Shown: positions 1 through 8,319 of the stretch, one piece after another
Layout: each line of letters opens with the position of its first letter
Numbering within the stretch: the first letter of the stretch is position 1
NCBI RefSeq assembly: GCF_008189405.1
Contig: NZ_CP043316.1
Location: 510,001-542,000, forward strand
Length of the DNA stretch: 32,000 nucleotides
Source: Candidatus Saccharimonadota bacterium
GTDB taxonomy: Bacteria > Pseudomonadota > Alphaproteobacteria > CAJXXZ01 > 1604HC
Reading direction: 5' to 3'
The notes under the pieces: generated by a model
What the model was told of the DNA's origin: nothing
Databases searched by the model: none
What the model saw: the letters and a program-made list of their open reading frames with translations, nothing else
Position numbers and translations under genes: made by a program

Positions 1-95
1 CTCAATAAACTGATTTAATAATTTACCGAATGCTTTCTTCTTATATAAACATATCAAACAGTTCAATAATTGACAAAAACACAGATATGCAAACA

Positions 96-779
96 CTAAA
101 TGCTCTCACAATTATGCCATGCATTTTGCACATCATCATGATCTTCCAAAATATCTATAAATTTACTTAATTTATCAATATCATTCACATTAATCATATT
201 TGTTGGCTTATAAATCGCTTCACAGATTACTTTTTCAAACTTTGCATCGAGTGCTTTTTGGATCTCTGACATTTGAGAAAAATCAGCAATCACATTAATT
301 CCATCATCTTCATATATATCTTTGATATCATAATCAATTAAAGTTTCTAATACAGTATCTGCATCAGTATTTTCAATATTTGCAATCATTACATGATCAA
401 ACATAAAAGATAATTCCGTCAATCCATTCCCATGTTTGTTAAATAACATCCTTAGTTCAGTTACAGTACGATTTGTATTATCTGTAATTGCTTCTATTAG
501 GAATGCAGTGTTTTCTGGTCCATACCCTGTATATCTTACTTCAATATCAGAGTTCTTATCTGCTGCCTTATTAATTGCCCGTTGAATATTCTCATTAGGC
601 ATGTTTGCTCTTTTTGCAGTATCCAAAGCAGAACGTAAAGATGGGTTCATTTTTGGATCAATTCCACTTCTAGCTGCAATAGTTAAAATTTTACCTATTT
701 TTGTAAACACTTTTGCTCTCTTTGCATCTTGAGCATTTTTACGATGCATTATGTTCTTAAATTTCGAATGACCTGCCAT
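96..779 (-). CDS. yebC: YebC/PmpR (TACO1) family DNA-binding regulatory protein
   Basis: Full-length 227-aa ORF with an ATG start. The N-terminus MAGHSKFKNIMHRKNAQDAKRAK is the signature opening of the YebC family. Confidence 0.9.
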   Translation of the reverse strand: MAGHSKFKNIMHRKNAQDAKRAKVFTKIGKILTIAARSGIDPKMNPSLRSALDTAKRANMPNENIQRAINKAADKNSDIEVRYTGYGPENTAFLIEAITDNTNRTVTELRMLFNKHGNGLTELSFMFDHVMIANIENTDADTVLETLIDYDIKDIYEDDGINVIADFSQMSEIQKALDAKFEKVICEAIYKPTNMINVNDIDKLSKFIDILEDHDDVQNAWHNCESI

Positions 780-1043
780 ACAATCTGTACTATAACACTT
801 ATATACAATTATGCCTATTTATGAATAATTGCATTAATATATACACTTATTTCTAGATTTTTGTATACTTCTGAATCCTCATATACTATGATCGATCATA
901 CTATTACTTGCAAATGGTAATATTAATTACGTTTTTCTCGAAATAATAATGTTTAATTATTTTGATTTACTATAATTTGTTAAAAAAAATAATTTGTGAG
1001 CTTAAATATACAAAAAAATCATACCAGAATTTTTGTCTTCTTC

Positions 1044-1949
1044 TTAAATAAATTCATTGTAAAAATGGTCAAATCCATTTTCAATATAATCACTGGGATC
1101 TGCTACCCAATTATCATCAGAATCAGATCCACCTTGAATCATCCATACCATATGCATATTACATGGCAAATCTTCATCTAATACATCTAATACATCATTT
1201 TTGAAAACAGCCACTTCATATAAATCTTGATCACCATCCCCGTATACAGGCACACCAATCCCAACTGATTTGAGATTTGCAAACATTTCAGGATTTTTCC
1301 TATAAACAAAATTCACCATCCTTGCTACTTTATCGCAATCTTTACCAGCATAAAAAGATAATTCCTGAGCAGAAGCTGTATTAATGAGATATTCAACAAT
1401 CTCATCTTTTATATTAATATCATCTTCTATATTAGGCTTGCTATCTTTCTTTTCTGTATTACATGTAATTTCTAGCTTTTTAAATGTAAACTTCTGATTG
1501 AATTGATAGAATTCTCTATTTGGTATCATTGCATCAATATTCAACTCGTGATCAAAACAATCTATTGTTTTAAAGCCAAAACACTGCATAAATGTTAGCA
1601 TGACATATACAGTGCTGTCGGCCGTATCTATATCATCGAAATAGTCTAGTATATGAGTATTCAAACAGCCAACTGTATCAGTTTGACTCATAAATGGAGC
1701 AATCAAATCTCGCAAATTATCATCATTCAAAATACGGTCATCTATTTGCAATTTATTAATTATCTCTTTATCTGCAATTGATATAGCGCTATTTTGCGCT
1801 CCCAAAAACCTCAGATATATATCAGACTCTGCAGACCTTCTTCTAACTGGACTGCTCACATCATGATCACCTTCATTCCAAAATTTATCAAACATTTCAT
1901 CAATTATCATATTAGATATAAAATTCATATTAACCCTACTAGAGCTCAT
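1044..1949 (-). CDS. Hypothetical acidic protein with no recognisable family
   Basis: The long ORF 1044..1994 starts with TTG in the track. In-frame ATGs lie at 1964 and 1949, and the one at 1949 (MSSSRVNMNF...) has GGAG 9 nt upstream. The protein is strongly D/E-rich, with no obvious signal peptide, TM segment or catalytic motif. Start choice is uncertain. Confidence 0.55.
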   Translation of the reverse strand: MSSSRVNMNFISNMIIDEMFDKFWNEGDHDVSSPVRRRSAESDIYLRFLGAQNSAISIADKEIINKLQIDDRILNDDNLRDLIAPFMSQTDTVGCLNTHILDYFDDIDTADSTVYVMLTFMQCFGFKTIDCFDHELNIDAMIPNREFYQFNQKFTFKKLEITCNTEKKDSKPNIEDDINIKDEIVEYLINTASAQELSFYAGKDCDKVARMVNFVYRKNPEMFANLKSVGIGVPVYGDGDQDLYEVAVFKNDVLDVLDEDLPCNMHMVWMIQGGSDSDDNWVADPSDYIENGFDHFYNEFI

Positions 1950-2006
1950 AATATATATCTCCATGCCATAATGCCCACTAACGCATTTCAGCAAACTGTT
2001 CTGAAT

Positions 2007-2022
2007 TGTTCCACGTGGAACA
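2007..2022. repeat. parS-like 16-bp perfect palindrome TGTTCCACGTGGAACA (copy A)
   Basis: Exact palindrome read from the sequence. Each half-site TGTTCCAC equals the left half of the B. subtilis parS TGTTCCACGTGAAACA. Intergenic, 13 nt beyond the maximal ORF start of the orphan gene. Confidence 0.6.
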
Positions 2023-2139
2023 TTTGAAACTTTTCAAACATTCTCTACCTAGCTATTGAAATTCATTTTTTATAGCTTTAAGATTCTTTTGAATTTATTG
2101 CAAATGATTAATTTAATTGTTTTATAAGCTGATTTGAAT

Positions 2140-2155
2140 TGTTCCACGTGGAACA
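2140..2155. repeat. parS-like 16-bp perfect palindrome (copy B)
   Basis: Identical 16-mer, and the identical 23-mer TGAATTGTTCCACGTGGAACATT is shared with copy A. Lies 133 bp from copy A and 26 nt downstream of the prfB stop. Confidence 0.6.
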
Positions 2156-2180
2156 TTCTATAAATATATTAGCTTAATCA

Positions 2181-3269
2181 TTATAGTTTGAGATATGAGA
2201 TCAAAAATTCCTTAATATCACCATCTAATACTTTATCTGCTTGTGTAGATTCTGTTCCAGTTCTAACATCTTTGATCATTTTATACGGATGCAATACATA
2301 TGAACGAATCTGACTTCCCCATGCATTATCTTTTTTAGCAGCCATACCCTCTACAGCAGCCTGTCTTTTCTTCTCCTGTTCAAAAGCATAAAGCTTTGAT
2401 TTCAACATACTCATTGCTTGATCTTTATTTTTATGCTGTGATCTATCATTTTGACATTGTACAACGATACCAGTTGGGATGTGAGTGATTCGTACAGCAC
2501 TATCAGTCTTATTAACATGCTGACCACCTGCACCAGAAGCTCTATAAGTATCCAATCTAATATCCTTGTTTTCAATTTCAATTTTAATGTCATCATTGAT
2601 AACGGGTGTGACATATACAGATGCAAAGCTAGTATGGCGCCTATTATTTGAATCAAATGGAGAAACACGAACTAATCTATGTACACCAGACTCCCCTTTC
2701 ATCCATCCATACGGAAATGATGCCTCTCCTGATGAAATCTTAATAGTAGCAGACTTTACACCAGCCTCTTCTCCCATCAATTGATCTGTAATCTCACATT
2801 TATATCCATTCTTCTCAGCAAACCTAATATACATTCTTAATAACATTTGAACCCAATCTTGCGATTCAGTACCACCAGCACCAGCATTAAAATCTACATA
2901 ACAATCTAGCGAATCAGATTCATCTGCAAATAATGTCTGAATATACCATGACTCCGTTTTCTTGAATAAACTCACTATGTCTTCATTGATTAGTTCAGCC
3001 AAACTATCGTAATCATCATCAACTGCATTTTTTGTATCTTCCAATACTGCTTTTGAACTTTTAAATTCCTGGTACATATTTTTCAATTTAGATAGTTCTT
3101 GTAAGATTTTTTTTGCAGAGCTTTGATCATTCCATAAATCAGGATTCCCAGCTTTCTGCTCTAAATCTACAATTTTAGCTTCTATATTATTCTTCACAAT
3201 ATTCGCACTCCAGAAATCTAGGTACTTTTCGATTTGCTCTATTTTTTCTATTACATCTTGCTTTTGCAT
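2181..3269 (-). CDS. prfB: Peptide chain release factor 2
   Basis: SPF tripeptide (RVSPFDSNNRRHTSF) and GGQ motif (SGAGGQHVNKTDSAVRITHIPTG). Collinear with E. coli RF2 over the full length. A single uninterrupted ORF with an ATG start. Confidence 0.95.
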   Translation of the reverse strand: MQKQDVIEKIEQIEKYLDFWSANIVKNNIEAKIVDLEQKAGNPDLWNDQSSAKKILQELSKLKNMYQEFKSSKAVLEDTKNAVDDDYDSLAELINEDIVSLFKKTESWYIQTLFADESDSLDCYVDFNAGAGGTESQDWVQMLLRMYIRFAEKNGYKCEITDQLMGEEAGVKSATIKISSGEASFPYGWMKGESGVHRLVRVSPFDSNNRRHTSFASVYVTPVINDDIKIEIENKDIRLDTYRASGAGGQHVNKTDSAVRITHIPTGIVVQCQNDRSQHKNKDQAMSMLKSKLYAFEQEKKRQAAVEGMAAKKDNAWGSQIRSYVLHPYKMIKDVRTGTESTQADKVLDGDIKEFLISYLKL

Positions 3270-3290
3270 ATAGGACCATTTTCGGATTAT

Positions 3291-3319
3291 TTGTAAAGCC
3301 TGTCAAATAGATGTAAAAT
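3291..3319 (+). promoter_or_regulatory. Candidate sigma70-type promoter for the ferredoxin-NADP reductase gene
   Basis: TTGTAA (3291-3296), 17 nt spacer, TAAAAT (3314-3319), then GGAG and the ATG at 3335. AT-rich background makes chance matches likely. Confidence 0.3.
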
Positions 3320-3334
3320 ATATAAATTGGAGAA

Positions 3335-4336
3335 ATGATGAATATTGTAAATAATACAATTGAAACTGATGTTGTTGTGATTGGGGGAGGGCCTAGTGGA
3401 CTATTTAGCGTGTTCATGTTGGGTCAAGTAGGCTTAAAATGTATTTTGATAGATTCACGATCAGAAATAGGAGGGCAATGCACAGCATTATACCCAGATA
3501 AATATATATATGATGTTGCAGGGTTCAAAGAGATATATGCACAAGATCTTATAGACCGATTATATAATCAAATGATTCAATATAATCCACAAATCCTTCT
3601 AGATACTGCTATACAAAATGTAGAGAAAAATGATAAACACTTTATATTACACACTCAACACAAAGCGATTAAAGCTAGAGCTATGATTATTTCATCTGGA
3701 GCAGGGTCTTTTGCTCCTAAAAAACCAGATCTGCAAGATATTGATTCATATAACAAAGTATTTTATAAATTAGAAAATCCTGAACAATTCACAGGAAACG
3801 TAGCTGTAATAGGCGGTGGAGATTCTGCTGTAGATTGGTGCTTAACATTATCTGATTATGCAGACAAAGTATTTTTAATTCACAGAAGAAATAAATTTAG
3901 AGCTATGGATGGATCTATGGACAAATTACATGAAATTGCAAAAACTGGTAAATGTGAAATTTTAACTCCATATACAGTAGAAAATCTAAATGGGTGTACA
4001 GATCGCGTAATACGTAACTTAAAAATTAAACATAAAGACACAAAAGAATCAAAAGAAATTTCAATTGATACTTTAATTCCATGTTATGGATTACAAAGCA
4101 ATAATGACCTTGTATATAATCTAGGTGTGGATTTATATGGATCTAAAATTAAAATCAATCCAGCTACTGGACAAACTTCATCAGATGGAATATATGCTGT
4201 AGGAGATGCGTCATATTACCAAAACAGACACAATTTAATAACATGTGGATTTTCTGAAGCTTCATTAGCAAGCTTACACATTAGGAAAAATGTTTTTGCA
4301 GAATCTCCATATATCAAACCCCCTTACACTGTATAA
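3335..4336 (+). CDS. Ferredoxin--NADP(+) reductase, thioredoxin-reductase-like (YumC) type
   Basis: VVVIGGGPSG FAD site, GGQCTALYPDKYIYDVAGF, GGGDSAVDW NADPH site and HRRNKFRA. Collinear with B. subtilis YumC-type FNR. Confidence 0.85.
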   Translation: MMNIVNNTIETDVVVIGGGPSGLFSVFMLGQVGLKCILIDSRSEIGGQCTALYPDKYIYDVAGFKEIYAQDLIDRLYNQMIQYNPQILLDTAIQNVEKNDKHFILHTQHKAIKARAMIISSGAGSFAPKKPDLQDIDSYNKVFYKLENPEQFTGNVAVIGGGDSAVDWCLTLSDYADKVFLIHRRNKFRAMDGSMDKLHEIAKTGKCEILTPYTVENLNGCTDRVIRNLKIKHKDTKESKEISIDTLIPCYGLQSNNDLVYNLGVDLYGSKIKINPATGQTSSDGIYAVGDASYYQNRHNLITCGFSEASLASLHIRKNVFAESPYIKPPYTV

Positions 4337-4509
4337 TTTATCATCCAACCTATCATACAAAACAATAATATTAAGCAATAATGCTAAATACATATCTCAA
4401 GCTCAATTCAAACAAACAAAATTCAAATGCAATAAACAGAATAATCGTATAAATACAAATAAGAAAATATAACCACACATAAAGCAGGAAAATCTCGCTA
4501 TGAATAAAT

Positions 4510-4525
4510 TGTTCCACATGGAACA
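4510..4525. repeat. parS-like palindrome, one-mismatch variant TGTTCCACATGGAACA (copy C)
   Basis: 15/16 identity to the other copies (CACATG core). Same AAT...TTT flanks. Lies 137 bp upstream of copy D. Confidence 0.5.
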
Positions 4526-4646
4526 TTTGCCCAAAATGGTGTAGCTATAGATTCTAATATAATGCTTTAGCTCATGTGTTTTTATCAGATTCACTTTATA
4601 TATTTGCTAATGCTGGATAATACATTCTCATGACCATAATTACAAT

Positions 4647-4662
4647 TGTTCCACGTGGAACA
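4647..4662. repeat. parS-like 16-bp perfect palindrome (copy D)
   Basis: Exact TGTTCCACGTGGAACA, intergenic. Confidence 0.6.
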
Positions 4663-4780
4663 TCTCTAAATAATTTCAAAGCATATTGTTTGATTTATAT
4701 ACCATGCAAAACATTTAGTTTTATACTAGTAACATTATTATTCAACTCAGCACATTACCAATAAACATCACAATGCAAAT

Positions 4781-4796
4781 TGTTCCACGTGGAACA
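4781..4796. repeat. parS-like 16-bp perfect palindrome (copy E)
   Basis: Exact TGTTCCACGTGGAACA, 134 bp from copy D, intergenic. Confidence 0.6.
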
Positions 4797-4974
4797 TTAC
4801 AGCATATGCATTGTTAAGCACATTAACATTAATGTTATGCTAATCAATATAAGTCAATACAACAATCATTCATACTGCATACCATTGCAAATATTTCTCA
4901 ATTAAATATACAAACCTTAAAATTATAAATAAATATTCAGAAAAATTAACTAACATTCAATGTGGATTTTGTTC

Positions 4975-5013
4975 AAAAAAAATGAAGTGAGCTTACAGTA
5001 AACTGCAAGTCAC
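4975..5013 (-). terminator. Candidate intrinsic terminator downstream of tRNA-Glu
   Basis: The minus-strand RNA GUGACUUGCAG-UUUA-CUGUAAGCUCAC forms an 11-bp stem with one bulged C and one G.U pair. It is followed by UUCAUUUUUUUU (U-run 4975-4982). The stem begins in the last 3 nt of the tRNA. Confidence 0.45.
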
Positions 5014-5083
5014 CCTCAACGGGATTTGAACCCGTGTTACCGCCGTGAAAGGGCGGCGTCCTAGGCCTCTAGACGATAAGGGC
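5011..5083 (-). tRNA. tRNA-Glu (anticodon UUC)
   Basis: The 73-nt reverse complement is GCCCTTATCGTCTAGAGGCCTAGGACGCCGCCCTTTCACGGCGGTAACACGGGTTCAAATCCCGTTGAGGGTG. The acceptor stem has 7 bp including two G.U pairs. The anticodon stem is CCGCC/GGCGG with loop CTTTCAC, and the T arm is ACGGG-TTCAAAT-CCCGT. Near-identical D and anticodon arms to E. coli tRNA-Glu. CCA is not encoded. Confidence 0.92.
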
Positions 5084-5092
5084 AACCCCCAC

Positions 5093-5121
5093 ATTATATG
5101 CAACTAACAATCAAAAATCAA
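5093..5121 (-). promoter_or_regulatory. Candidate sigma70 promoter of tRNA-Glu
   Basis: On the minus strand: TTGATT (5121-5116), 17 nt spacer, consensus TATAAT (5098-5093), then the G-rich discriminator GTGGGGGTT and tRNA position +1 at 5083. Confidence 0.5.
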
Positions 5122-5288
5122 TATACATTTACAATATCATCAAAAAACAGATCGTATAGTACTTAAATATCAAGAAACTTCAATACTATACATAAAGCAC
5201 AAATATATAATAGCAGAATTATTATTTAAGATATTTTATACAATCGATAATTTATCAGCTTTGTTTCATGATATAGCTTATAACAATA

Positions 5289-5304
5289 TATTTCATGTGG
5301 AGCA
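5289..5304. repeat. Degenerate parS-like relic (12/16 match: TATTTCATGTGGAGCA)
   Basis: Weak match, noticed only because it sits 140 bp before copy F and so echoes the 133-137 bp spacing of the other copies. Confidence 0.2.
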
Positions 5305-5428
5305 TCGTAACCATTCTACATTACCAATATATATATCATTAAGATCAAACCATTATATTAAGAGATTAGGATAAGGGTAACAGTATAATTATATTAACAA
5401 ATCTTTTCATTATAATTATAAATAAAAA

Positions 5429-5444
5429 TGTTCCACGTGGAACA
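5429..5444. repeat. parS-like perfect palindrome (copy F), extended to the 18-bp palindrome ATGTTCCACGTGGAACAT
   Basis: Exact 16-mer, intergenic between rnd and tRNA-Glu. Confidence 0.6.
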
Positions 5445-5501
5445 TATGTTCAATTGATTGATTAAATAGCAAAACTAATTTGCATGACAATCACGCACAC
5501 A

Positions 5502-6161
5502 TTACAAATGTGCAAAAATATCAACATCATGCCATCCAGCACAATCCAATTTCACACGATTTTCTAGAAAATCAAAGCAAGACACTGCTAAATCATGCCT
5601 TCCTTCACGCAACAACATTGCAGTAAGTTTATCTTGTAATTTATGCAAAAATATAACATCTTTCGCTGCATAATTTTTTTGATCATCTTGCAATTCAGCG
5701 CTTCCCCAATCAGAAGACTGCTTATCTTTCGAAATTTCCACACCAAGTAGCTCTCTACATAATTCACGCAATCCATGTCGTTCTGTATATGTTCTTATTA
5801 ATTTAGATGCAAGCTTTGTACAGTAAATCGGCCTAGGCATCACTTTAAAAGCTTGATATAAAATTGCCATATCAAATCGTCCAAAATGGAATATTTTTTC
5901 TATATTTTCATTTTCGAGAATAGCCGTTAAATTTTTAGCTTCTTTTTGATCTTTATCGATTTGAACCAAATGACAAATCCCATCATTAAATGTTAATTGA
6001 ACCAAACACAGCCTATCTCTATATAAATGCAATCCTGTAGTTTCTGTATCTATAGCAACTGAATCAGATATTTCAATATCATCAGGCAAATCATTTTCAT
6101 GCAATATTACTTTGCAAGCCTGCCCTCCATAATAATTTATTTTCACTACACATAATATCAC
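5502..6161 (-). CDS. rnd: Short RNase D-like DEDD 3'-5' exonuclease
   Basis: Exo I motif AIDTETTGL, then CLVQL and the FHFGRFD/YAAKDV regions typical of RNase D. About 200 aa, as in Rickettsiales short RNase D. The track start is GTG at 6161 and the true N-terminus is uncertain. Confidence 0.75.
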   Translation of the reverse strand: MILCVVKINYYGGQACKVILHENDLPDDIEISDSVAIDTETTGLHLYRDRLCLVQLTFNDGICHLVQIDKDQKEAKNLTAILENENIEKIFHFGRFDMAILYQAFKVMPRPIYCTKLASKLIRTYTERHGLRELCRELLGVEISKDKQSSDWGSAELQDDQKNYAAKDVIFLHKLQDKLTAMLLREGRHDLAVSCFDFLENRVKLDCAGWHDVDIFAHL

Positions 6162-7042
6162 ATGCTCAACTTATTTTCACTATTTAAATGCTATCATGTT
6201 TATTAGCGATATCAGTGCTATCTACTCTTTAACAGCTTATACTATTCATTAATAACCTATTGGTAACATATAAACCTATGCCTTATTTATTATAAGATAT
6301 TTCTATCTATTATATATATTGAATAAGCATATACTGATATATATAAATAATATAAAGAATAGTATACGCTACCATTACTAATAGTTATTTCTTGATCAAA
6401 TGAGTATCATAATGCATCTGAGCAATAACTGTAAAACTAGCAGTATATGAAAATCTATTCTTTGTGCAAATAGTATAAAAATAACATTCTCATCCTACTT
6501 TAGTATTTCTCATTATATAATTCTATTTTTATTGCATATTAATTAACAATCTAATATATAGGGATAAATGCTACTATTTAAGAATATATACATTCACGGG
6601 TAACAGCTAAATCACATCATAAATATGCAGTAATTTAATATGCCTAATTATTATTAAAGCACTAAATATTATCAAATCAAACAATCAGTAAGCAAATAAT
6701 ATATAATCAAAATAACAATATCATCAATAAAATCAAGAGAATATAACCTTATAAATTTAATTAAAACAGCAAGAATTTAATTGAGCAAGCATTGATTTTT
6801 GAATTTCAAACTAAATTTCAATCATGCAAACAGTATAGATATCAAACATTCTAGCAATAATATTTATTTCTTTGAGCACATTAAGTTCTTTGAAAAAAAT
6901 TAAAATATTTATAAAAACTTCATAAAACTGCAAATCTTAGAAAAGAAATTAGCAATTAAATTTTAAACTAAATTAATGAAAAAATCTTAAAATAAATATG
7001 GAAATTTATATATACTAATTCCCAATTAAGTCAGGTTACAGT

Positions 7043-7393
7043 TTAAACTAATTCTATAATAGAAATAGGGGCTCCGTCACCTTTACGGAAACCAACTTTG
7101 ATAGTTCTGGTATAACCACCATCTCTATCCTGATACATAGCAGATATCTTTTCAGATACATTTTTAACGTAATCTTTATCTCTGAAAACAGAAATCAATT
7201 TTCGTATAGAAGCTAAATCACCTTTTCTCATCAATGTAATCATTTTTTCAGAGAATGGTCTACAAGCAGCAATTTTTGCTTTTGTAGAGCAGATTTTTCC
7301 ATGTAACAATAAGGATCTAGAAAGGTTCATAATTAATGCCTTTCTGTTTCCTTGCTTTCTATTTAATTTTACTTTACTAACGCAATGACGCAT
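7043..7393 (-). CDS. rplQ: 50S ribosomal protein L17
   Basis: MRHCVSKVKLNR and GGYTRTIKVGFRKGDGAPISIIELV are collinear with E. coli L17. 1-nt TAATG overlap with rpoA. Confidence 0.95.
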   Translation of the reverse strand: MRHCVSKVKLNRKQGNRKALIMNLSRSLLLHGKICSTKAKIAACRPFSEKMITLMRKGDLASIRKLISVFRDKDYVKNVSEKISAMYQDRDGGYTRTIKVGFRKGDGAPISIIELV

Positions 7394-8319
7394 TATAACA
7401 CCATACCTTTAGGTCTAATTTCAGACCAATCTTCTATTTTTGTATCTAAATCAAACTTATATTTAGATTGCAATACTGATCTAATTTCATCAACAGTTGT
7501 TCTACCACAACCAGCAACAGAAAACAGATCTTTTTCTGTCGCAGTAATCAAATCACCTATGTAGATAAACTTCAAATTTGATATCACATTCTGAGCTCTC
7601 TTAGATAATTGTAATGAAGAAGCAATTTCATCATTCCACCTAGCATCTGCAATTACTTCAACTTCTTCTACCTCTTCATCAGAAGCATCATCTTTTTCCA
7701 TCAAATCAACAGATTGATCCTTTAAGATTTTAAAAGCTTTCATTAACGCATCATAAGAGTCTACACTGCCATTTGTTTTAATATTAAAGCTTAATTGATC
7801 ATAATCAGTTTTCTGACCAACTCTCATATCTTTTACGTTATAAGAAACTCTTTCAATAGGACTAAAAGCTGAATCAAGCTTGATAAATCCTTCTGGAACT
7901 TCAAGCATATCAGATGAAACATAACCTTTGCCTGATTGAACAAAAATCTCAATAGAAATATCAGCAGAATCAGACAAATTACAAATATATTGTTCTGGAT
8001 TTAAAATTTCCACACCTGGAACAGAATCAAACATACTTGCATCAACTTTACCACCCTTAGCATTAAGAGTCATAGAAAATTCTTCTAAATCTGATTTGAA
8101 TACAATCTTTTTTAGATTTACAGCAATATATTCTACATCTTCTGAAACACCATTAATTGAGGAGAAAATATTATTCACTCCTTTAATTTTGAAACCTACT
8201 AATCCCAAACCTTTTATAGAAGAAAGTAAAATTCTTCTTACAGCATTACCAAAAGTTATACCATATCCAGGCTCTAACGGTCCAAATACATATTCATTAC
8301 TATTCTGAATATCAGACAC
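7393..8319 (-). CDS. rpoA: DNA-directed RNA polymerase subunit alpha
   Basis: GNAVRRILLSS in the N-terminal domain and a C-terminal domain LSKRAQNVISNLKFIYIGDL. GTG start at 8319 preceded by AAGGAGG 4 nt upstream. 308 aa, slightly short at the N-terminus. Confidence 0.93.
   Translation of the reverse strand: MSDIQNSNEYVFGPLEPGYGITFGNAVRRILLSSIKGLGLVGFKIKGVNNIFSSINGVSEDVEYIAVNLKKIVFKSDLEEFSMTLNAKGGKVDASMFDSVPGVEILNPEQYICNLSDSADISIEIFVQSGKGYVSSDMLEVPEGFIKLDSAFSPIERVSYNVKDMRVGQKTDYDQLSFNIKTNGSVDSYDALMKAFKILKDQSVDLMEKDDASDEEVEEVEVIADARWNDEIASSLQLSKRAQNVISNLKFIYIGDLITATEKDLFSVAGCGRTTVDEIRSVLQSKYKFDLDTKIEDWSEIRPKGMVL

Noticed and set aside
3190-3269. Looked for the programmed +1 frameshift site (CUU UGA C after about codon 25) expected in prfB.
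   Set aside because: The region reads AAG TAC CTA GAT TTC TGG (KYLDFW) with no in-frame stop. The gene is a single intact ORF. Lack of the frameshift occurs in a sizeable minority of bacteria, so this is neither a pseudogene nor novel.
4403-4594. A 63-aa minus-strand ORF and a 60-aa plus-strand ORF (4290..4472) in the FNR / tRNA-Glu spacer.
   Set aside because: Neither has an SD and both have low-complexity hydrophobic or N/K-rich translations. The 63-aa ORF reads through a parS-like palindrome. The ORFs 996..1181, 1794..2027 and 3187..3417 are rejected likewise, because they overlap real genes or promoter regions.
2007-5444. The regularly spaced palindromic repeats with unrelated intervening sequence superficially resemble a CRISPR array.
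   Set aside because: The conserved unit is only 16-23 bp and the spacers are about 115 bp, far outside CRISPR norms. The copies are split by genes (prfB, FNR, tRNA). No cas genes or leader are present.
2007-5444. The palindromes could be bidirectional intrinsic terminators.
   Set aside because: The hairpin would be short (6-7 bp stem with a minimal loop). No copy is followed by a real U-tract on either strand. Three copies lie in tandem with no gene between them, so terminator function alone does not explain them.
4337-7042. Possible oriC in the long non-coding stretches near the parS cluster.
   Set aside because: I found only weak partial DnaA-box matches (for example TGTGGATTT at 4961-4969 and ATAACCACA near 4469). 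There is no cluster of TTATCCACA-like boxes, and no dnaA, hemE or other origin-marker gene. This cannot be supported from the window.
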